Both the position numbers and the translations under genes were made by a program. Shown here one piece after another: positions 15,991 to 25,950 of a stretch of 33,104 bases of DNA. Where the stretch lies: positions 1 to 33,104 of IMG/VR virus record IMGVR_UViG_3300035562_000036, one strand, 5' to 3'. Under the pieces are notes generated by a model that did no database searches, was not told where the DNA came from, and was given only the letters and a program-made list of their open reading frames with translations. The first letter of the stretch is position 1. Every line of letters starts with the position of its first letter. This DNA comes from a virus. Taxonomy: Duplodnaviria; Caudoviricetes.

Positions 15991-16443
15991 ATGTTTAGAC
16001 CTGGTGATGATGGATTTCAAAAGGCAACGCTCACCAATGACGGGTTTTGGCCTGACCTGGCGCTGGATGAATTCCAGCGGCAGCGCAGCATTCCGCCGAC
16101 CATCCATCAAACGACAGTGATCCAGGCCATGCTCGCCGCCGTTGCAGAAATTAACCCCTCCCTGGCTGAGTTTGTCAGCCAGCAGAAACGGAAGGGGTAC
16201 GCCACCGCCAAAGCCGTGCCAGGGCCAGTGATGGACGGGGATAACACCCTGACGGCGCAATATAAAAAAGCGGTCTATGCTCGCGCTAAAGCCGACCTGA
16301 TGGGCGAGTTTGCGGCGATCAGTCGCCGGGAAGACAACACCAACCAGGATGCACCACAGACCAAGGCGTCTTTGCTGGCCGAAGCTGCCGTGGTGTTGCG
16401 TGGCATTAAGGGGCGCAGGCGAGTGGGGGTGCATTTGATATGA
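15991..16443 (+). CDS. Head completion/stabilisation protein (gpL family)
   Basis: NDGFWPDL and YKKAVYARAKADL motifs. Confidence 0.92.
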   Translation: MFRPGDDGFQKATLTNDGFWPDLALDEFQRQRSIPPTIHQTTVIQAMLAAVAEINPSLAEFVSQQKRKGYATAKAVPGPVMDGDNTLTAQYKKAVYARAKADLMGEFAAISRREDNTNQDAPQTKASLLAEAAVVLRGIKGRRRVGVHLI

Positions 16444-16955
16444 ACCAGATTGATAAATTATATGCATTTTTAAAAGCCAATCTGCCGGAAAGGCTGATGT
16501 CTGTTGCCATCGGGGCCGATGCCTGGATGGACGATATCCAACTGATCCATGCGGCCAAGAATTGGGGCTTGGGGCAACGACGGATCATGATCCGCCGTTA
16601 TAGCGCAACACTGGCCTGGGAGCGCTGGCCCTACCGTTTGCATGATCCGGATATTCCATTTGCCCTGGTGGGGGCCTGGCTGATTGAGCACGCCAACGCG
16701 CATTACAACGGCATGGAACTGGAACCGCCTGAGGTGTTTACACAGCTGATGAACAATGGCGATGCCATTATCACCATCACTGTACCGTTGGCAGACGACA
16801 TTATTTTGGTTGAAGACGCCAAGAACGGCGTTATTCCGCTGCAAGGCAAGCGTTACAGCCTGGCTGATGCCCAAGTGAATGTCGCCACCAAAGGGTGGGT
16901 TTATGGCGCAGGGGGCCGAGGGGCCCCGGTTGAGGTCACGGGCGATGCGGGTTGA
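16440..16955 (+). CDS. Tail completion protein (gpR position)
   Basis: ATGA coupling; HP1-type gene order; RYSATLAWERWP motif. Confidence 0.75.
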   Translation: MNQIDKLYAFLKANLPERLMSVAIGADAWMDDIQLIHAAKNWGLGQRRIMIRRYSATLAWERWPYRLHDPDIPFALVGAWLIEHANAHYNGMELEPPEVFTQLMNNGDAIITITVPLADDIILVEDAKNGVIPLQGKRYSLADAQVNVATKGWVYGAGGRGAPVEVTGDAG

Positions 16956-17643
16956 TTTCACGCTCAATACCCAACAGTGGAATGCGCTGAAAAAAGAGCT
17001 GAAAGCCGCAGAGTTGCCGCCGCCGAAGCGCCGCCGTTTGCTCTATCGCATTCTGAAACTGGGGGTGATGGTTGCCGCCCGCCGCCACCAAAAACGGCAG
17101 GAAAATGCCGATGGGATCAAGTGGCCCGGTAGGCAAAACGGCTTTCCGGGCAAGATGATGAACCAACTGCCAAAAATGATGGCGATCAGCGAGTTACCGG
17201 CGTCAGAGTCAGCGCGGATCTACCTTAAAGGCAAAAAACGTGTTTCGCCTGGTGTAGTCGGGCAGGTGCAGCAAGCCGGGTTTACCGCCCAAATGACCGC
17301 AGCCAAAGCGGCGCGAGCCAGTAAACAGAACGGCGACACAGCGACACTGCGCCAGGCCAAACGTCTGCATGACCTGGGATATACCGAGTTTCCGGTGAGC
17401 GCGCCGCGTAAACCGGCAGTCAGCGAGATTATGGGTAGCCTGACCAAGCAAAAGGCCGGGGCCATTATTCGCAGTTTGGAAGGTCGGCGCGCAAAGGCAA
17501 GCTGGACAATCACCCTGCCTGGCCGTGAATGGCTGGCAGTCAGTGACGATGAATTCAACAAGATCCTTGCGCGCCAGATGCAGGCCATCCGTTTTGGCTG
17601 GAAAGTGCGTGCGCAGGACGTTAAGGGGAAAGCAAAAAAATGA
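16945..17643 (+). CDS. Virion morphogenesis protein (gpS-like); start likely 16945
   Basis: LPPPKRRRLL..Q.NADG..W..R and C-terminal LPGREWL. GAGG SD upstream. Confidence 0.75.
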   Translation: MRVDFTLNTQQWNALKKELKAAELPPPKRRRLLYRILKLGVMVAARRHQKRQENADGIKWPGRQNGFPGKMMNQLPKMMAISELPASESARIYLKGKKRVSPGVVGQVQQAGFTAQMTAAKAARASKQNGDTATLRQAKRLHDLGYTEFPVSAPRKPAVSEIMGSLTKQKAGAIIRSLEGRRAKASWTITLPGREWLAVSDDEFNKILARQMQAIRFGWKVRAQDVKGKAKK

Positions 17644-18815
17644 CATGGCCCAATGTAACGATTAATCAGCTGAATCAGCGGCAGGGCACGATCAATGAGA
17701 TTGAACGCACTGTCTTGTATGTCGGCAGCGCTGAGACGGGCCCCGGTGACCTGGTGGCGCTCAATTCACAGTCTGATATTGACACGGTGCTGGCTGATGC
17801 CAGCGAGGGGCTACGGGAGTGCCTTCGCGCGGCGAAGGTCAACGCCGGGCAGAACTGGCAAGCCTATGCCCTGTTGGTGGAGAAAGACACTGACGCAACA
17901 CAGTGGCCGGCCGCGATCGAGCACGTCCAGGACATTATTTCGGTTGAGGGTGTGGTTGCGGTTACGCAGTTGGCCGATGCCAAAACCGGGCGCACCGCCA
18001 TTGAAGCCTATTCCGCATTGCGTGAAACCCTGGTCAGCAAGTTGGGCCGCTGGGTGTGGTTCGTGCTGACTGTCAGCGGCCCTAAAGGTTTACCGGGTAT
18101 CGGTGGCGGTGATGGTGTACCGCCTGGGGTGAACTGGGCCGATTATCTCAAGTTTCAGGCAGAGCTCGCCAAGGATATCGCCGCGTATGGGGTTCAACTG
18201 GTGCCTGCATTATGGGGTAACGAGGCTGGGGCGCTGGGCGGACGTCTGTGTCACCGCAGCGTCACCATCGCCGACAGCCCGGCCAGGGTGAAAACAGGGG
18301 CGATTGTGGGCCTGGGGATTGGCAGCAGCGAGCTGCCCGTCGACAGCGACGGCATCGAGCTGAATCTGGCTCACCTGCGCGCCATGCATGACCTGCGCTA
18401 TTCGGTGCCGATGTGGTACGCCGATTATGAGGGTAAATACTGGTCTGATGGCCTCACGCTGGACGTGAAAGGCGGTGATTACCCGGTGATCGAATACCTG
18501 CGCATTGTCGATAAGGCAGCGCGCCGGGTGCGTATTCAGGCCATTGCCAAAATCGGCGATCGCGCGTTGAACAGCACCCCGGCCAGTATCGCCAGCCACA
18601 AGACCTATTTCAGCCGGACACTGCGCGAAATGTCCCGCAGCACGCAGATTAATGGCGTGACGTTCCCCGGCGAGGTGAAACCGCCGCAAGCGGGCGACGT
18701 GGAAATTACCTGGGCTGACAAAGAAACGGTGCAAATCTATTTGGTTGTGCGCCCGTATGAAAGCCCGAAATCAATCACCGTCAGCATCATGCTGGACACG
18801 TCACTGGAGGCGTAA
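17640..18815 (+). CDS. Tail sheath protein (HP1-type, DUF2586)
   Basis: WPNVTINQLNQRQG, ADSPARVKTG, RYSVPMWYADYEG, VDKAARRVRI. Confidence 0.9.
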   Translation: MTWPNVTINQLNQRQGTINEIERTVLYVGSAETGPGDLVALNSQSDIDTVLADASEGLRECLRAAKVNAGQNWQAYALLVEKDTDATQWPAAIEHVQDIISVEGVVAVTQLADAKTGRTAIEAYSALRETLVSKLGRWVWFVLTVSGPKGLPGIGGGDGVPPGVNWADYLKFQAELAKDIAAYGVQLVPALWGNEAGALGGRLCHRSVTIADSPARVKTGAIVGLGIGSSELPVDSDGIELNLAHLRAMHDLRYSVPMWYADYEGKYWSDGLTLDVKGGDYPVIEYLRIVDKAARRVRIQAIAKIGDRALNSTPASIASHKTYFSRTLREMSRSTQINGVTFPGEVKPPQAGDVEITWADKETVQIYLVVRPYESPKSITVSIMLDTSLEA

Positions 18816-18817
18816 CC

Positions 18818-19273
18818 ATGACTGCACGTATTGGGGGTATGGATTTTGATATCACCCTGGGCACCGAAATCATCCATGTGAAGACCATTTCACTGGACGT
18901 GACCGATAACACTGCCGTTGCGCAAACGCGCGGCATTCCTGACGGTCACGTTGCCGGTGACGTCGCCGCCGAAGGCGAAATGGAGATGGATACCAAAAAC
19001 TTCAAAAAGATAGGGGCAGTGGCCCGGACTGCGGGCAGTTACCGCGGCATGCCGACGACGGACATTCTTTTTTATGCCAATACCGGTGACGAAGAGCTCA
19101 CGGTGGAGGCGTTCGGCTGCAAGCTGATTGTCACCTCACCGTTGGCTTTTGATCCGAAGGGCGGGGAAACGGCCAGCCACAAGGTCAAGTTCCTGGTGAC
19201 CAGCCCGGACTTTGTCCATGTTGACGGCGTACCGATGTTATCGGAGAGCGACGTGCGCGATCTGATTGGGTGA
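18818..19273 (+). CDS. Tail tube protein (HP1-type, DUF2597)
   Basis: RGIPDGHVAGDVAAEGE, VTSPDFVHVDGVP; follows sheath. Confidence 0.9.
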   Translation: MTARIGGMDFDITLGTEIIHVKTISLDVTDNTAVAQTRGIPDGHVAGDVAAEGEMEMDTKNFKKIGAVARTAGSYRGMPTTDILFYANTGDEELTVEAFGCKLIVTSPLAFDPKGGETASHKVKFLVTSPDFVHVDGVPMLSESDVRDLIG

Positions 19274-19276
19274 CCT

Positions 19277-19570
19277 ATGCCGAATGGCGAAAGCACGTTT
19301 TTAAAACTGTTGTTGCTCGGGGCGATCATTGGACTGGGCAAGGTGCTGGCCGATGACGCCAAGCTGACCGTCAAACTGGTACTGGGTCGCATGGTGTTGG
19401 GCTCGGCGGTGTCACTGATTGCCGGGGTACTGTTGATCCGCTGGCCCGATATTGACGAGATGGCCCTGGTGGGCGCGGCGTCGGCGCTGGGGATACTGGG
19501 GCACACGGTGATTGAATCCATGCTCAAACGTTATGTTGAGTCAAAAACAAAAGGGGCTGAAAAATCATGA
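19277..19570 (+). CDS. Holin
   Basis: Three hydrophobic segments and a basic C-terminus; directly before the endolysin. Confidence 0.88.
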   Translation: MPNGESTFLKLLLLGAIIGLGKVLADDAKLTVKLVLGRMVLGSAVSLIAGVLLIRWPDIDEMALVGAASALGILGHTVIESMLKRYVESKTKGAEKS

Positions 19571-19905
19571 AACTGAGCGAAAAACAACAGCTTTTTACCC
19601 AACTGATTGCCCAGTTGATCACCTATGCCGGTGACCACGGCATGCGGCTAACGTTCGGCGAGGCGTACCGCACCCCGGAACAAGCCGCGCTCAATGCCAA
19701 GAAAGGCAGCGGGATCAGCAACAGCCTGCATACCCAGCGCCTGGCCGTGGATTTCAATCTGTTTATTGATGGGGTGTATCAGACCGACAGCGCCGCATAC
19801 CGAGCGCTGGGTGAGTTTTGGGAATCCATCGGCGGCAGTTGGGGCGGTCGGTTCTCACGCCCGGACGGCAACCATTTCAGCCTTGAGCATGAAGGGGTTC
19901 GGTAA
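19567..19905 (+). CDS. Endolysin, M15-family Zn peptidase
   Basis: EAYRT, SLHTQRLAVDF (SxHxxxxAxD), WGGRF and D.NHF motifs. Confidence 0.92.
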   Translation: MKLSEKQQLFTQLIAQLITYAGDHGMRLTFGEAYRTPEQAALNAKKGSGISNSLHTQRLAVDFNLFIDGVYQTDSAAYRALGEFWESIGGSWGGRFSRPDGNHFSLEHEGVR

Positions 19906-20282
19906 TGATTTCGCGCCTGGTCGGGGTGTTTCTGATTGGGGCTGCGGTCGGGGGCTGGTTTATGACGGTCACCACGCAGGAAAAGGCCGAGCGCCAGGCC
20001 GAGTTTCGCGACGAGCTGCGCGGGCTCATTCAGGGGGTTTCTTCTGAGTCTGCCAGGGTGTTGGAGGCCAAATTACAGGAATTGCACGGCAATGAGATCC
20101 ATACCGAGCGCGTTATCCATACCGAAACAATCAAGCCGGTGTTTCGCAATGTTTGCGCTACTGATGAGTATGTCGGGATGTTCAACCACAGTGTTGACCA
20201 GGCCGAGCGAACCTTATCAGGCCAATCTGATGGCAAAGTGCCCGGAAAGCCTGCCACGCCTGGCGGGGCCAACGGGAAATGA
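19905..20282 (+). CDS. Inner-membrane spanin (Rz-like)
   Basis: N-terminal TM helix, helical periplasmic part with Cys; follows the endolysin. Confidence 0.75.
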   Translation: MISRLVGVFLIGAAVGGWFMTVTTQEKAERQAEFRDELRGLIQGVSSESARVLEAKLQELHGNEIHTERVIHTETIKPVFRNVCATDEYVGMFNHSVDQAERTLSGQSDGKVPGKPATPGGANGK

Positions 20283-20400
20283 TTTTGATTTGGCGCTGCG
20301 GCAATACAGCAATTTGTATGTTGTCTGCGCCGCCAGGCATAACCAGTTAGTGACTGAAATTCAACAGAGAAAGGACATAGACCATGAGCAAAGAAAATAG
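20092..20400 (+). CDS. Outer-membrane lipoprotein spanin (Rz1-like), overlapping Rz; start uncertain
   Basis: Lipobox-like MSGC after a hydrophobic stretch; KCPESLPRL and Y..CAARHNQLV. Confidence 0.75.
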   Translation: MRSIPSALSIPKQSSRCFAMFALLMSMSGCSTTVLTRPSEPYQANLMAKCPESLPRLAGPTGNDFDLALRQYSNLYVVCAARHNQLVTEIQQRKDIDHEQRK

Positions 20401-20659
20401 CGGCATCATCACCCTGGGCATCGGCGGCGTGGATGTGAAATTTGCCCCGACGTTGCAGGCGTATAACAAATGCCTGAACGAGTCGGCGCGTGCCGAGGAT
20501 GTCGTTGGGGCCGTCGCCACCTACCTGAAACGCATCGTTGCGCCCGAATCCCGCGAGGCACTGGCAACACTGTTGCTCACGCCGGGCCTGGGAGCGCAAA
20601 TCGCGGAGAAGATTAACAAGGTTTATGCGCCGTCTGTTGAGATTGAAGTAAAGGAATAG
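20384..20659 (+). CDS. Tail assembly chaperone (HP1-type, DUF2765-like)
   Basis: Position before tape measure; FAPTLQAYNK..NE, YL.RIV, ending IEVKE. Confidence 0.8.
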   Translation: MSKENSGIITLGIGGVDVKFAPTLQAYNKCLNESARAEDVVGAVATYLKRIVAPESREALATLLLTPGLGAQIAEKINKVYAPSVEIEVKE

Positions 20660-20880
20660 GCCAGTTAGTCGAGCACATCCGGGCCAGTAACTACGAACAG
20701 ATGGTGACGCTACGGCGTCATTATCTGCCCTCACCGTCAGACCATGACGACGGGGCCGAACGGGGCGACAGCAGCATGAACCTGGCCCGCGCCCTCTGGC
20801 TGGCCGAGTATTTTCACGAAAGCAACATTAACAGTATCGCGGCGGGCATCGCCTTCGCCTTCACCGGCACCAGGACATAA
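20650..20880 (+). CDS. Second tail-chaperone ORF in the -1 frame (GT-type frameshift extension; alternative ATG at 20701)
   Basis: Manual translation: KGIGQLVEHIRASNYEQMVTLRRHYLP...NLARALWLAEYFHESNINSIAAGIAFAFTGTRT*. Fills the gap to the tape measure gene. Confidence 0.75.
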   Translation, partial: KGIGQLVEHIRASNYEQMVTLRRHYLPSPSDHDDGAERGDSSMNLARALWLAEYFHESNINSIAAGIAFAFTGTRT

Positions 20881-20885
20881 TCTTC

Positions 20886-22973
20886 ATGAAAGAACTGGCT
20901 TTTTTACTGAGTCTCAAAAACAACCTGAGCGCACCGCTGGGCAAGGCGCAGCAGTCTGTTGAGAGTTTCACCCGAAAATCAGCCGGGGCGTTCAGGCAGA
21001 TGGGGATCGGTGCGGCCGGAGTGTGGGGAGCGACACAGGCGATCAAGGGTTTTTTAGGCCCTGCTTATGAGATGGAGAAAGCCCTGGGCGAAGTGCGCTC
21101 GTTAGACGTATCAGAAAAAGTATTGAGTAAGCTGGCAAACTCAGCGCTTAAATTTTCCATGCAGTACGGCGGCAGCGCCACCGATATTGTCCGCGCTTCT
21201 TACGATATTCAGTCAGCCATTGCAGGTTTGCAGGGCAATGAGTTAAGCGACTTTACTGTTGCTTCAGCAACACTGGCAAAAGCTACCAAGGCCGATACGG
21301 CTGTGATCACCTCCTATATGGGCACCATGTACGGCATTTTCCAGAAAAACGCCGATGCGATGGGCCGTTCAACCTGGGTAAAACAGCTTGCCGGGCAAAC
21401 GGCAGAGGCCGTGAAGGTGTTCAAAACCTCCGGTAATGAAATGTCGGCCGCGTTTGGTGCGCTGGGGGCGGCGGGTACTTCTGCCGGGATCGGCGTCACT
21501 GAACAGATGGCTATTCTCGGCCAGCTGCAAGCCACCATGAGTGGCTCGGAAGCCGGTACCAAATACAAATCATTCCTGGCGGGGATTGGTAACGCGCAAA
21601 AAACACTCGGCCTGTCGTTTACCAACGCTGATGGGTCGATGAAGGGCATTGTCGATATTCTCACCCTTATCCAGGGTAAATATGGCGACCTGTCCAAAGT
21701 GGCTGACTCAGACGTCATTAAAAAAGCCTTCGGCAGTGATGAAGCGGTGGCAATGGTTAAGCTGCTGGCCGGAAATATCAAAGGGTTAAAAGGTAGCATC
21801 CTTTCCCTGGATAAAATTTCCGGGATGGACAATGCGCAGAAAATGGCCGCATCCATGGTCGATATTTGGGAACGTCTGGAGGCCATCTGGAAAGGCATGA
21901 GCATTGTCCTGGGCCGTACGCTGATCCCTGTCCTGAATCCGTTATTGCAAAAACTGGCAGAGAGCGGCATGCGCTTTGCCAAATGGATGGAACTGTTCCC
22001 GAATATTGCACGCTGGCTGGGGTATATCACGCTGGGTGTATTGGGATTCGTGGCCGTAGGTGCCGCGGCCAACCTGGTTGTCGGGATTTCAAAATTTGTC
22101 TGGATAGGGATAACCGGCATTTGGAAGGTCGCCACCCTGGCCGTTCGTGCCTTGTGGTGGGCGATTAACCTCAAGGCCCGCGCGTTGCAATTGGCCCGCA
22201 TTGTGGCGATCGCTTACAGCGCCACCATGCGCGTGCTGCGTCTCACGTTGCTGGCGGTGACGATGGCCTGGCGAATGTCAACCGTCGCGGCCTGGCTACA
22301 GCGCGCCGGACTGATGGCGACCACCCTTGCCATGCGCGCCTATGGCATCGCCACGGCGTTTGCTGCGGGGGCCATGCAAATTTTAATGAGCCCGGTCACC
22401 TTGATCATTATTGCCATCGCCGCACTGGCTGCGGGCATCTGGTATGCCGTTACGCATTGGGACGAGCTCAAGGCCGCGCTGATGGATAGCGCCGCATTCC
22501 AATGGGTCATGCAGATTGCTGGCCAGGTGGGCGACATGTTCGCCGGGGTTTGGGCCTCCATCAAACTGGGCTGGGAAATGGTGGTGAATTTCTTTACCGG
22601 CCTATCACCGGTTAAAGCCTTCACCGACTTTGTGGATACCATCGGCAACGTGTTTAGCGGGTTATGGGATTCCCTGATCCAGTCCTTTGGCAAAACCTAC
22701 AACTGGATAGTCACCAAGCTGAACAAGATCCCCGGCGTCAATATCGACCTGAAACCGGTCGGTGATGCCGCGCCGGACGTGTCGGGGCTGGCTGGCCCTG
22801 CCGGGCTTAATGCCCCGCAGATGGAGCGCGGCGGCATCGCTAAGACCCTCACCAGCGGTGCGCAGGGCAAAGTCACTGACAACAGTCGCAAAATCGGCCA
22901 GGTGAATATTTACCCACAGAACGGGGAAACCTTTGATTCACTGATGGAGTCGCGGGAGTTGGCTGCGGGATGA
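20886..22973 (+). CDS. Tail tape measure protein
   Basis: Ala/Gly-rich 695 aa, TP901-type core (SYDIQSAIAGL, SGSEAGTKYKSFL), hydrophobic segments. Confidence 0.95.
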   Translation: MKELAFLLSLKNNLSAPLGKAQQSVESFTRKSAGAFRQMGIGAAGVWGATQAIKGFLGPAYEMEKALGEVRSLDVSEKVLSKLANSALKFSMQYGGSATDIVRASYDIQSAIAGLQGNELSDFTVASATLAKATKADTAVITSYMGTMYGIFQKNADAMGRSTWVKQLAGQTAEAVKVFKTSGNEMSAAFGALGAAGTSAGIGVTEQMAILGQLQATMSGSEAGTKYKSFLAGIGNAQKTLGLSFTNADGSMKGIVDILTLIQGKYGDLSKVADSDVIKKAFGSDEAVAMVKLLAGNIKGLKGSILSLDKISGMDNAQKMAASMVDIWERLEAIWKGMSIVLGRTLIPVLNPLLQKLAESGMRFAKWMELFPNIARWLGYITLGVLGFVAVGAAANLVVGISKFVWIGITGIWKVATLAVRALWWAINLKARALQLARIVAIAYSATMRVLRLTLLAVTMAWRMSTVAAWLQRAGLMATTLAMRAYGIATAFAAGAMQILMSPVTLIIIAIAALAAGIWYAVTHWDELKAALMDSAAFQWVMQIAGQVGDMFAGVWASIKLGWEMVVNFFTGLSPVKAFTDFVDTIGNVFSGLWDSLIQSFGKTYNWIVTKLNKIPGVNIDLKPVGDAAPDVSGLAGPAGLNAPQMERGGIAKTLTSGAQGKVTDNSRKIGQVNIYPQNGETFDSLMESRELAAG

Positions 22974-23305
22974 GTACCGAACTGAAATATATCGACCTGC
23001 TGATAACCGACCGCAATTTTACGCTGGACTCTGGCAATGAGCCGGAACTTTGCAACAACCGCGTCAGCATCGCGCAGGACGTGGTTCACATGATTATTGA
23101 ATCGGGCATCGTTAAAGAGCTGATCGCCGAGCGCAGCCCGGTGTTACAGGCTGACATTATGATGCAGATGGAGTTACTGGTCGAATCCGACGATCGGATC
23201 GTGCCGGGTACCGTCAGCATCACCGATGGCCGCAACGGTGATTATTTTATCGCTGCCGATACCTACGATTTCGGCCCGTTGTCACTGGAAACCCCGTTGA
23301 CGTGA
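22970..23305 (+). CDS. Baseplate protein (DUF2590)
   Basis: YIDLLI, SIAQDVVHMIIESG, LVESDDRIVPGT. Confidence 0.85.
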   Translation: MSTELKYIDLLITDRNFTLDSGNEPELCNNRVSIAQDVVHMIIESGIVKELIAERSPVLQADIMMQMELLVESDDRIVPGTVSITDGRNGDYFIAADTYDFGPLSLETPLT

Positions 23306-23358
23306 AGACGTACCGGCATACATAGACGCAAATAGCTGTACTGCAGGAACAGAAAACG

Positions 23359-24543
23359 ATGAACAACAAGCCTAATCCAGACTATGAAGCCATTTTGGCC
23401 GATCGGGGTATGCCGACTACGGAGGCCCAAATACGCGATGAATTTAACGCCATCGTGCGCGAGGAGGGGCTTATCACCAACACCTCGCGAATGTCGCCAT
23501 TCTGGCGTCTGATTACGGCGATTGTTACCGCGCCGGTACTCTGGCTCAAAGATGCCCTGGTCAATACGGTGATGAAAAACCTGTTTTTGGCGACGGCCGG
23601 GGGCACGTTTGTTGACCTGTTCGCCTGGGCGGTCAACTTGGCACGCAAAGCGGCCACCGCTGCCGTGGGAGCCATCCGTTTCACCAAGGTAGACGCCGGG
23701 CGTGAAATCACCGTGCCGGTGGGTACTGTTATCCAGACCGAGCGTATCAACGGCACCATTTACCGATTGGTGACGACTGCCGACGTCACGATCCCCCCAG
23801 GTACCGCCAGCGCGTTGGTGCCCGTGGTGGCCGAGCTCGAGGGCAGCGGGTTTAACCTGGCGCCAGGGTATTACCGGATTTTGCCGGTGGCGGTCGACGG
23901 CATCGCCAGTGCGGTGAATGAGGATGATTGGTTAACCACGCCAGGCGCTGATACGGAGTCTGACGACGATTTGCGCGACCGGGTGAAAAACCAGTTTAAC
24001 CTGGTCGGGCAGTACCATATTGATGCGGTTTACCGCGGCATGATTGCCGCCCTGGCTGGGTTAAACACCGACCGCATTTTCTTTGAGCACGACGCGCCGC
24101 GCGGGCCGGGTACCGCCAATGTTTACCTGTTGCTGGATTCTGGCATCGCCAGCCAGCCGTTTATTGATACGGTCAATGACTATGTCATGACCCAGGGCAA
24201 CCACGGTCACGGCGATGACGTGTTGTGTCTGCCTTTGCCGGAAATCACGCTTGACCTGACGGTCACCGTGCATGTGTTTGCCAGCAGCCATCTGACTGAC
24301 GAGCAAACAGCCACCTTGATGACTAACGCCGGTAACCTGGTTCGTTGCGCATTTCGGGAAAATAGCGATTACGACGTCGCGAAGACCTGGCCGTTTAGCC
24401 GTTTCTCTATGTCGCGCCTGGCCGAAGAGTTGCACGACGCTTTCGCCGATATTGAATCACTGACCTTTTCCCTGGGCGACATTCTCAGCGGGTTGGACGT
24501 GCCGCGGCTGCGCACTCTGAACGTGGTTCCGGCAGATGATTAA
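23359..24543 (+). CDS. Baseplate J/gp47-family protein
   Basis: SPFWRLI, PGADTESDDDLRDR, APRGPGTAN, GNHGHGDD. Confidence 0.93.
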   Translation: MNNKPNPDYEAILADRGMPTTEAQIRDEFNAIVREEGLITNTSRMSPFWRLITAIVTAPVLWLKDALVNTVMKNLFLATAGGTFVDLFAWAVNLARKAATAAVGAIRFTKVDAGREITVPVGTVIQTERINGTIYRLVTTADVTIPPGTASALVPVVAELEGSGFNLAPGYYRILPVAVDGIASAVNEDDWLTTPGADTESDDDLRDRVKNQFNLVGQYHIDAVYRGMIAALAGLNTDRIFFEHDAPRGPGTANVYLLLDSGIASQPFIDTVNDYVMTQGNHGHGDDVLCLPLPEITLDLTVTVHVFASSHLTDEQTATLMTNAGNLVRCAFRENSDYDVAKTWPFSRFSMSRLAEELHDAFADIESLTFSLGDILSGLDVPRLRTLNVVPADD

Positions 24544-25168
24544 ATTTCCTGATATCACCCTGCCGGTCTGGATGAACAAGGGCGAGCCGCTCACCCTGGC
24601 ACATGCCTCGAAAATCTGGTGGGAACGGGTGTATGGCTGGCTGACGTTTCCCCTGGCGCAAATCGACGTCGACACCTGCGACGAGCAGTTACTCAGCCTG
24701 CTGGCGTACCAGCGGGATATCAACCGCTTTCCAACCGAGCCGTTGGCGCTGTTTCGTCTGCGGGTGAAATATGCCTTTGCCAATGCCAAAGACGCGGGCA
24801 GCAAGGCCGGGTTTGAGCAGATATTTGAACGGCTGGAAATTGGCCAGTTACAACAGCTTGAGCGCCAGCTATGGCTTGATTGGGACGTCATTTTGTTACG
24901 CATCAACGATGAGCAGTTGAGCCGCGATAACGTGCTGATGATGAACCTGGTGCGCCAGTATGGCCGCACCTGCCGCCGCTATTTTTTCGACGTGCTCAAC
25001 CAGAACACAGTCACTGTTAGGCCGGGCCGGTTTGATCTGGATGTTGGCTTTCATTATGCGATATGGACGACACCGCCGCCCAGCGGCCGCGCAGCCCTCA
25101 TCACTGAAAAAGGGGTTCGGCTTGTCACTGAACGTGGCATTCAACTGGTAACTGAAAGAGAAGAATAA
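24536..25168 (+). CDS. Baseplate/tail protein I-like
   Basis: LLAYQRDINRF..EPLALFRLRVKYAFANAKDAGS, QYGRTCRRY; follows J. Confidence 0.88.
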   Translation: MIKFPDITLPVWMNKGEPLTLAHASKIWWERVYGWLTFPLAQIDVDTCDEQLLSLLAYQRDINRFPTEPLALFRLRVKYAFANAKDAGSKAGFEQIFERLEIGQLQQLERQLWLDWDVILLRINDEQLSRDNVLMMNLVRQYGRTCRRYFFDVLNQNTVTVRPGRFDLDVGFHYAIWTTPPPSGRAALITEKGVRLVTERGIQLVTEREE

Positions 25169-25911
25169 TGACCGAAGAAATCAGCTTTATGAATTTGCCG
25201 CCAGTGACCGAGCTTAAACGTGACGGCGTGCTGGCCGTGAGCCAGCCGGATGGCGACGGTAGGCCGGACACCTTCAAGGCATCGGTTGAACAGTTGGCGG
25301 ACATGATGCCGCCAGGGCCAGCGGGCAAGAGCGCCTATGAGATTTGGCTTGGTGCGGGCAACATCGGCACAGAGGCGGATTTTATTGCATCGCTAAAGGG
25401 TGAACCCGGCGAAGGGGCCGACATTACAGTAAGCCCGGCTAAAGATAACTTGTTAAGAAAAGAAGGCGACGGCCTCAAGGTTTTAGCCAGCCATTACATT
25501 ATTCCCAAAGTGTATACATCGTCATACAGCACCTCTAAATCGACAATGGCACGGCAATCCATGCCGGATGGTGCGACGGTATATCGCGGCACATTCGATA
25601 TCAAAAATCCGTTGGGCATTAAAATTTTGAACGGTGTCGGTATTTTTACCTCGCTTTCCCCACAAAGCGGGTATTTCTACCTCGGCAAAGATAATGAATT
25701 TGTGACGATGCAAGTTTATGCAACACCTAAAACGACAACGGCCAGCACGATCACGGTGAATCTTGCCCTGGTGTTCAGTGGTGAACCTTACCGGGCGTTT
25801 GATGTTTATAGCGGCGTAGAGGCGGTCAGTTCGGAAGAGGGCGACGCCAGAATATCCGTCAGCGTTCGTTTAATTGCAGGCACGACGATGGGTCAAAACG
25901 GGTTTGATTAA
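25168..25911 (+). CDS. Accessory fibre/spike-like protein with a collagen-associated motif
   Basis: GPAGKSAYEIWL.AGN.GTEADFIASLKGEPG motif and a beta-rich C-terminal domain; inserted between I and the main fibre. Confidence 0.6.
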   Translation: MTEEISFMNLPPVTELKRDGVLAVSQPDGDGRPDTFKASVEQLADMMPPGPAGKSAYEIWLGAGNIGTEADFIASLKGEPGEGADITVSPAKDNLLRKEGDGLKVLASHYIIPKVYTSSYSTSKSTMARQSMPDGATVYRGTFDIKNPLGIKILNGVGIFTSLSPQSGYFYLGKDNEFVTMQVYATPKTTTASTITVNLALVFSGEPYRAFDVYSGVEAVSSEEGDARISVSVRLIAGTTMGQNGFD

Positions 25912-25950
25912 GTTTCTACCACCATCGGTAAATAAAATGAGGGGTGTGTA

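Noticed and set aside
21314-22201. 295-aa antisense ORF in the tape measure gene
   Set aside because: Antisense shadow ORF with no recognisable domain.
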